From the IMG/VR virus record IMGVR_UViG_3300037067_016086, positions 25,816 to 89,815 of that record: a DNA stretch of 64,000 nucleotides. The stretch is one strand, 5' to 3'. The position numbers and the translations under genes are program-made. Shown here piece after piece: positions 60,509 through 64,000 of the stretch (positions are counted from its first letter, which is position 1; every line of letters begins with the position of its first letter). The notes below the pieces were generated by a model. The model worked only from the letters and a program-made list of their open reading frames with translations. It ran no database searches and was not told the DNA's origin. The DNA comes from a virus (taxonomy: Duplodnaviria; Caudoviricetes).

Positions 60509-60928
60509 CTAGCTGGCGCGCTTCACCTTCTTCGGGTCCTTCTTCTCCCTCCGGTGCTCCTTGGCCGTGAGGCGCGTCCACATGTACTCCGCGGCCTTCG
60601 TGTACTCGTCGCAGTGGAAGCAGTGCGCGTGCTTGTAGGCCTCGTCGGTCAGGGTCTCGTGCAGCCCCTGGACTTCGTAGACCATGATCCCGTCGTGGTT
60701 GCGCCCCTCCGAGAAGAGCATGGTCACCTGGCCGGTGACGTCGGCGTCGAAGCCCTCCCAGCCGTCGATCGCCTCGTTGTACTCCTCCCAGTGGAAGATC
60801 GTGAGCGCGAAGCCCTGCTCGCGGCCGTTGCTGTAGCAGCCCACGTGCGCCTCGCACTGCTCGCTGTACTTGTCCTCGAACGCCGCCAGGACCGCCGCCG
60901 CCTTCCGGAACGCCTTGCTGATAGCCAT
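60509..60928 (-). CDS. hypothetical protein
   Basis: GGAGG RBS, MAISKAF. Confidence 0.7.
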   Translation of the reverse strand: MAISKAFRKAAAVLAAFEDKYSEQCEAHVGCYSNGREQGFALTIFHWEEYNEAIDGWEGFDADVTGQVTMLFSEGRNHDGIMVYEVQGLHETLTDEAYKHAHCFHCDEYTKAAEYMWTRLTAKEHRREKKDPKKVKRAS

Positions 60929-60971
60929 CGCACGCCTCCTCCCAGCATCCTGCCGGGCATCTTGTACCCCA

Positions 60972-60999
60972 ATCATAAGCCCTGCTGTGCGTGTGTCAA
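60972..60999 (-). promoter_or_regulatory. sigma70-type promoter
   Basis: TTGACA-N16-TATGAT. Confidence 0.75.
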
Positions 61000-61025
61000 C
61001 CAGAAATCGACCAGCCCCGGACGGG

Positions 61026-61041
61026 GCGAACACGTGTGCGC
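61026..61041. promoter_or_regulatory. 16-bp palindrome copy (1 mismatch)
   Basis: GCGAACACGTGTGCGC upstream of -35. Confidence 0.7.
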
Positions 61042-61487
61042 TACCAGCCCATCTCGGCCACGGTGTTGGCGAGGATCTGGGCCAGCTGCGGGTCGATCCC
61101 GTAGCGCTTGACGTTGATCTCCAGGCTCTTGGCCATGGTCCCCGTGTCGTGGCGCTCACCCGCGGCGCGCCAGTCGGCGATCATCTCGACCAGGTCCAGG
61201 AGCGTCATGCCCGCGATCCCGTTCGGCCAATGCTCCGCGTGATGCCTGTTGTTCGCGTAGTGGTGGGCCAGCGCGGGCCCCAGATCCTTCAGCGCGTCCC
61301 GGTACGCCTGCGACCCGTACTCCAGGCCGTGCAGCTGGTCCGTGACGGCGTTGAACGCCTCGACCTCGGGGGACTGCGTCTTGGAGAGATCGTGCTCCGC
61401 GGCCCGCGCGTCGAGCAGCCAGGTCAGCTCGCCCATCAGGGCCTGCACGCGCGCGCGATGCCGAACCGTGTCGGGATGCGGGTCCAT
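61041..61487 (-). CDS. HD-like phage protein (DUF5662-like)
   Basis: H...V, HDLSK...E, HHY..NRHH.E, D..E...DW.A. Confidence 0.75.
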   Translation of the reverse strand: MDPHPDTVRHRARVQALMGELTWLLDARAAEHDLSKTQSPEVEAFNAVTDQLHGLEYGSQAYRDALKDLGPALAHHYANNRHHAEHWPNGIAGMTLLDLVEMIADWRAAGERHDTGTMAKSLEINVKRYGIDPQLAQILANTVAEMGW

Positions 61488-61489
61488 GA

Positions 61490-61795
61490 TCAGATGAGCG
61501 AGGCCAGGATGCCCCGCCAAGCGGCGTCGAGGGCCTCGTACTCGTTGCCCCCGAACTCCTTGGGCGGCATCACCCCGCGGTCCCCGTACATGCCCATCAG
61601 CTCCGCCTTCACAGCCGCCTTCAGCTGCTTGAGCAGGGGGTCCAGCTGCGCCGCGTGGCGCTCCCCGAAGTCCTCACCGACGCCGCCGAGTTTCGACAAC
61701 TCCTGCGCGGTCAGGTTGCTCTTCACCCCCTCCACCACCACCGCAGACGTCCCCGGCGCCATCACGTCTCCGATCCGCTCGATCAGGTGTCGCAT
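61490..61795 (-). CDS. hypothetical protein
   Basis: GGAG RBS; MRHLIERI. Confidence 0.65.
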   Translation of the reverse strand: MRHLIERIGDVMAPGTSAVVVEGVKSNLTAQELSKLGGVGEDFGERHAAQLDPLLKQLKAAVKAELMGMYGDRGVMPPKEFGGNEYEALDAAWRGILASLI

Positions 61796-62133
61796 CACTT
61801 CCCCTCCCGTATCTTCAGCACTTCCCGGATGTTCTTGGACCACCGAGTGTGGTCGGTCGCGATCTGGACCATGAGCGGGCCGATGCCCGCGTCGTTGATC
61901 TTGCCTTGCGTCTCCGCGAAGGTCTCCGCACCCGTCTTCTGCGAGGCCTTCAGCACGACCTTGGCCATGGCCTCCACCGCGTGCAGAACGGTCCGCGCAG
62001 CGGCTGCCACGTCGTCGTGCAGGTCGGCGTTCACGCCCTGCTGCGCGTCGAAGGACTGCGGCATGTAGGGCTTCTTGGCCTCCGCCGTCACGCTCCCCAT
62101 CGCCCGATCCAGCCGCTCGTTCAGGTGTCCCAT
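61795..62133 (-). CDS. hypothetical protein
   Basis: GAGGAG RBS; MGHLNERL. Confidence 0.65.
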   Translation of the reverse strand: MGHLNERLDRAMGSVTAEAKKPYMPQSFDAQQGVNADLHDDVAAAARTVLHAVEAMAKVVLKASQKTGAETFAETQGKINDAGIGPLMVQIATDHTRWSKNIREVLKIREGK

Positions 62134-62143
62134 GATCTTCTCC

Positions 62144-62431
62144 TCACTTCGCCGTCAGGCCGTGCCCCAACATGGGCGGCAGGGCCTTTGCGAAGGCGCG
62201 CCGAAACGCGATGTACGCCCGATCCATCTCCCGCTCGAACGCAATGCCGGTGATGTCGGAGTGCGCCTGCTCCATCACCGCATCCTCGAACTCTTCCTGG
62301 ATGGCTTCCCACGCCGCATCGGTCGCCTGCGCCAGACGCGCCGCGAACGGTTCTGCGATCTTCATCATCTCGCGCGCCGCACCGCCGCTGATCGGGACGC
62401 CCTCCTCCAGCCGCTCCAAGGTCTCCCGCAT
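62144..62431 (-). CDS. hypothetical protein
   Basis: MRETLERLEEGVP. Confidence 0.65.
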   Translation of the reverse strand: MRETLERLEEGVPISGGAAREMMKIAEPFAARLAQATDAAWEAIQEEFEDAVMEQAHSDITGIAFEREMDRAYIAFRRAFAKALPPMLGHGLTAK

Positions 62432-62448
62432 GACGATCCTCCCGCGCC

Positions 62449-63228
62449 TCAGCGCAGCATCTCCGCCTTCTCGCGGATGGCCTCGAAGTCCCGCCGCAGG
62501 TCGTCGGCCGCCTGCAACATGTGGGACCCGCCGCCGTCCCCGGCGTCGTCCTCCTCGGCCCAGCGATCTTCGATGTAGGCGTGCACCCCCGACATGAGGT
62601 CCCGCATCGCCGCCAGCTCGTCCTCGGTGCGGCGCTCGTCGGTGTGCAACGTCCGGTTGAGGATCGACGCCACCCTGCGGCGCAGCGTGGTGAAGGCGCC
62701 CTCGTCGGGCGACCGGCGCGGGATCGCCTCTTCAAGACTCCGCAACGTCTCGCGCATACCCACGCTCTCCTTGCGCAGCATCGGGGAGATGTCGCCCTGC
62801 GCCTTGCGCACCTGGTCCTTCTGCTCGGCCGCGTTCTTCGGTAGCTCGAAGAACCCCACGCTGTCGACCATGTGCCCGGCCCCGTTCGGCAGCACGATGA
62901 TGTCGCCCACGCTCATGGAGCTGTGATGCAGACCGTTGGCCCGCACCAGCGCGTTGCCTGCTCCGTCGGGAGACCAGGACTCGCCCTGCATGATCCCGAA
63001 GATGCCGCCGAGGTTGGTCGCCTGGATCTTGCCCAGCAGGCGGTGCGTGCGGCTCTGCTCCACGACATGACCGATCGGCAGCGGGTGCCCCGTCTTGAGG
63101 GCGAGCGCCGGGCCGCGGGAGAAGATCTCCCAGCCCTTGTCGTTCATGTACCAGATCTCGGTCTTGCCCGGACGCAGGCCGTTGATGCCCGTGACCTCCG
63201 CCGCGTCGTTCAGGCTCTCGTAGCTCAT
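62449..63228 (-). CDS. YodL-like domain protein with C-terminal helical domain
   Basis: HSSMSVGDII......VDSVGF..L; internal MRETLRSLEEAIP. Confidence 0.65.
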   Translation of the reverse strand: MSYESLNDAAEVTGINGLRPGKTEIWYMNDKGWEIFSRGPALALKTGHPLPIGHVVEQSRTHRLLGKIQATNLGGIFGIMQGESWSPDGAGNALVRANGLHHSSMSVGDIIVLPNGAGHMVDSVGFFELPKNAAEQKDQVRKAQGDISPMLRKESVGMRETLRSLEEAIPRRSPDEGAFTTLRRRVASILNRTLHTDERRTEDELAAMRDLMSGVHAYIEDRWAEEDDAGDGGGSHMLQAADDLRRDFEAIREKAEMLR

Positions 63229-63590
63229 GACGCCACCAGCCACACCGGCACCGCCACCGCAGGCGCTGTGCTCCCCGCCGTGCCCGGGCTGGTCACGCAC
63301 GCGAACGAGAGGTTCGTGAACGCCCACCCCAGCGGCAGCGCGAACGTCTGGCGCTGGCTCGGCTTGGCCTGGATGATCAGGTCCGGGGCCGTGGTCCCGA
63401 CGGCGGGCGCCGCGGCGTTGTAGATCTTCAGGTACGCCGACGTGCCCGCGTTCCCCGTGTTGTCCACCTCGCCGGTGTACAGCGTTCCGGCCGCCCCGGT
63501 GACGTCCGTGTCCGGCGTCGCGCCCGCGGCGGTCTCCTTGATCAGCTTGGTCCCGACGGGGGACACCTGGGTCGATACGCTCAGACTCAT
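63225..63590 (-). CDS. Ala/Thr/Gly-rich beta-strand protein, possibly a virion structural protein
   Basis: YLKIYN...G.T.PD pattern; GAGGAG RBS. Confidence 0.6.
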   Translation of the reverse strand: MSLSVSTQVSPVGTKLIKETAAGATPDTDVTGAAGTLYTGEVDNTGNAGTSAYLKIYNAAAPAVGTTAPDLIIQAKPSQRQTFALPLGWAFTNLSFACVTSPGTAGSTAPAVAVPVWLVAS

Positions 63591-63616
63591 GACGCTCTCC
63601 TCTGTCTCCAGGCATC

Positions 63617-63644
63617 ATGTTAATGCCTGCGTTACGTTTGTCAA
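63617..63644 (-). promoter_or_regulatory. sigma70-type promoter
   Basis: TTGACA-N16-TAACAT. Confidence 0.7.
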
Positions 63645-63645
63645 C

Positions 63646-64000
63646 CTACCGCCGCCGCATGGTCGCGATGACGTCCAGCGTCACCGGCACCCAGATCTCC
63701 CAGTGCTTGGCCAGCCAGTTCTCGCCGCGGTTCTCCTCCACCCACGCGTCCCCGAACGCGATCCGGTCGATGTCCACGTTCTCCACGATCCAGGCCCCGC
63801 GCTGCGTCCACCCCACGAGGCGCCAGACCAGCTCGTCGGGCACCAGGAGCCCCGCGAACGCCTGCTGGATGGCGCTGGTCCGCTCGTCGCACTCGGCACG
63901 CAGGGCCGCCGCCAGGGCGATCTTGCCCGTGTCGTCGTCGCACGGAATCTTCTCTGACATCGCCATGAAGAACTCGGTGATGGCGCCGTCGATGCTCAGA
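63646..64000 (-). CDS. hypothetical protein, 5' end beyond the window
   Basis: frame is open to base 64000 (LSIDGAITEFFMAMSEK...). Confidence 0.6.
   Translation of the reverse strand, partial: LSIDGAITEFFMAMSEKIPCDDDTGKIALAAALRAECDERTSAIQQAFAGLLVPDELVWRLVGWTQRGAWIVENVDIDRIAFGDAWVEENRGENWLAKHWEIWVPVTLDVIATMRRR

Overview
GC-rich, almost entirely minus-strand gene-dense region of a large tailed bacteriophage (or a very large prophage; no integrase or capsid/tail genes are visible in this window). It carries a replication/recombination block (RecA, SF2 and SNF2 helicases, SSB-like protein, intein-containing DnaB, DnaC-like loader, Holliday-junction resolvase, ParB-MTase). It also carries an RNA-repair/tRNA block (three CCA-less tRNAs, CCA-adding enzyme, RtcB, ATP-dependent RNA ligase, RlaP-like nucleotidyltransferase) and many small accessory genes. 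About 17 near-consensus sigma70 promoters and nine copies of a 16-bp palindrome (GCGAACACGTGTTCGC) are present. The main observation is a repeated, splicing-free gene-invasion architecture. At least eight AT-rich endonuclease cassettes (GIY-YIG, several HNH types, EndoVII-like) have each inserted at a conserved motif of a resident gene and supplied a synonymously recoded replacement for the terminus they cut off, leaving the original terminus stranded on the far side. rtcB and an MT-A70 methyltransferase are each bracketed at both ends, one cassette carries cargo genes, and a TnpB element does the same thing in miniature. All protein-family assignments are from motif recognition by eye, not database searches.
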